A stretch of DNA of 12,106 nucleotides, taken from a virus (Duplodnaviria; Heunggongvirae; Uroviricota; Caudoviricetes). The notes under the pieces were generated by a model. That model searched no databases. It saw only the letters and a list, made by a program, of their open reading frames with translations, and was not told where the DNA came from. The position numbers were made by a program, and so were the translations under genes. The stretch is taken from IMG/VR virus record IMGVR_UViG_2744054964_000001. One strand, given 5' to 3'. Below, one piece after another: positions 11,825 to 12,106 of this stretch (within the stretch, counting starts at the first letter, position 1; each line of letters begins with the position of its first letter).

Positions 11825-12106
11825 ATGGTAAACGACAGTAAAGCCGAGGATCTGGAAGCAAAAGGGCTGTACCGACGCGCCGCAGCGCGATGGATGGAAG
11901 TCATGCTGTTATGCACCGAGGACGATGATCGGGAATGGATAAAGCGCCGCCGTGAAACGTGTCTGGAGAACGTGAAGCGCCCGCCCGTGAAGGTTGAGGA
12001 CTTTGGCGACCTACATAAAGCTGTTACCGAAACGCAACACCGCATGGGGATAGCGCAACCGAACGGTAACGCCTTCCGGTTAAATGGCGGCAAGAGGCAA
12101 AGGTAG
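11825..12106 (+). CDS. PerC-family transcriptional regulator-like protein
   Basis: 93-aa ORF with a GGGGAG SD. The TAG stop is the last codon of the window. The N-terminal pattern AEDLEAKGLYRRAAARWMEVM matches my memory of the PerC/Pch family signature. Confidence 0.6.
   Translation: MVNDSKAEDLEAKGLYRRAAARWMEVMLLCTEDDDREWIKRRRETCLENVKRPPVKVEDFGDLHKAVTETQHRMGIAQPNGNAFRLNGGKRQR

Larger units (their letters stand above)
1445..12106 (+). mobile_element. integrated P4-like / PICI-like phage satellite at thrW (left junction in window, right end outside window)
   Basis: A P4-family integrase lies immediately 3' of a tRNA gene. It is followed by alpA, an Icd-like gene, an alpha-type primase-helicase, an iteron origin and cargo genes, all co-oriented. 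No structural phage genes are present in the window. Confidence 0.85.

Noticed and set aside
11656-12093. 145-aa minus-strand ORF overlapping the PerC-like gene
   Set aside because: It is antisense to an SD-preceded ORF with a recognisable family signature. It is Ser/Arg-rich and low-complexity.
1445-12106. Search for a second copy of the thrW 3' end (attR) inside the window
   Set aside because: I saw no repeat of GGTTCGACTCCTATTATCGGCACCA or a substantial part of it. The right island boundary therefore cannot be placed from this window.

Overview
The window holds the right end of an Escherichia coli-type proBA operon: a complete proA, its terminator, and tRNA-Thr(CGU) thrW. The remaining ~10.6 kb is an integrated P4-like/PICI-like phage satellite that used thrW as its attachment site and runs off the right edge. 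All credible island genes are on the + strand. In order they are: a P4-family tyrosine integrase; a ~650-bp ORF-free leader; a translationally coupled operon (alpA, hypothetical, AntA/KilAC antirepressor-like, DUF4222-like, an RNA-regulatory region, Icd-like, five unknown ORFs, P4 alpha-type primase/helicase); an iteron origin; a 93-aa ORF; a strong intrinsic terminator; a visibly more AT-rich two-gene cargo (RHH-like protein plus stand-alone FtsH/M41-like HEAGH metalloprotease); and a PerC-like regulator. Three observations stand out. (1) The int-alpA leader is a dense array of nut-like antitermination elements. It has four good rrn-type boxA copies, a 15/15 copy of lambda nutR boxB, two copies of what I recall as the P22 boxB, and many other 5-bp-stem/pentaloop hairpins. 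This suggests the satellite reads, or titrates, helper-phage N antiterminators. (2) The RHH + M41-like protease cassette is a candidate new defence or toxin-antitoxin module. (3) A P4 CI / P1 C4-like structured RNA region has a hairpin loop perfectly complementary over 10 nt to the Shine-Dalgarno region of the icd-like gene. All homology calls come from reading the translations and motifs by eye; no searches or folding computations were run.
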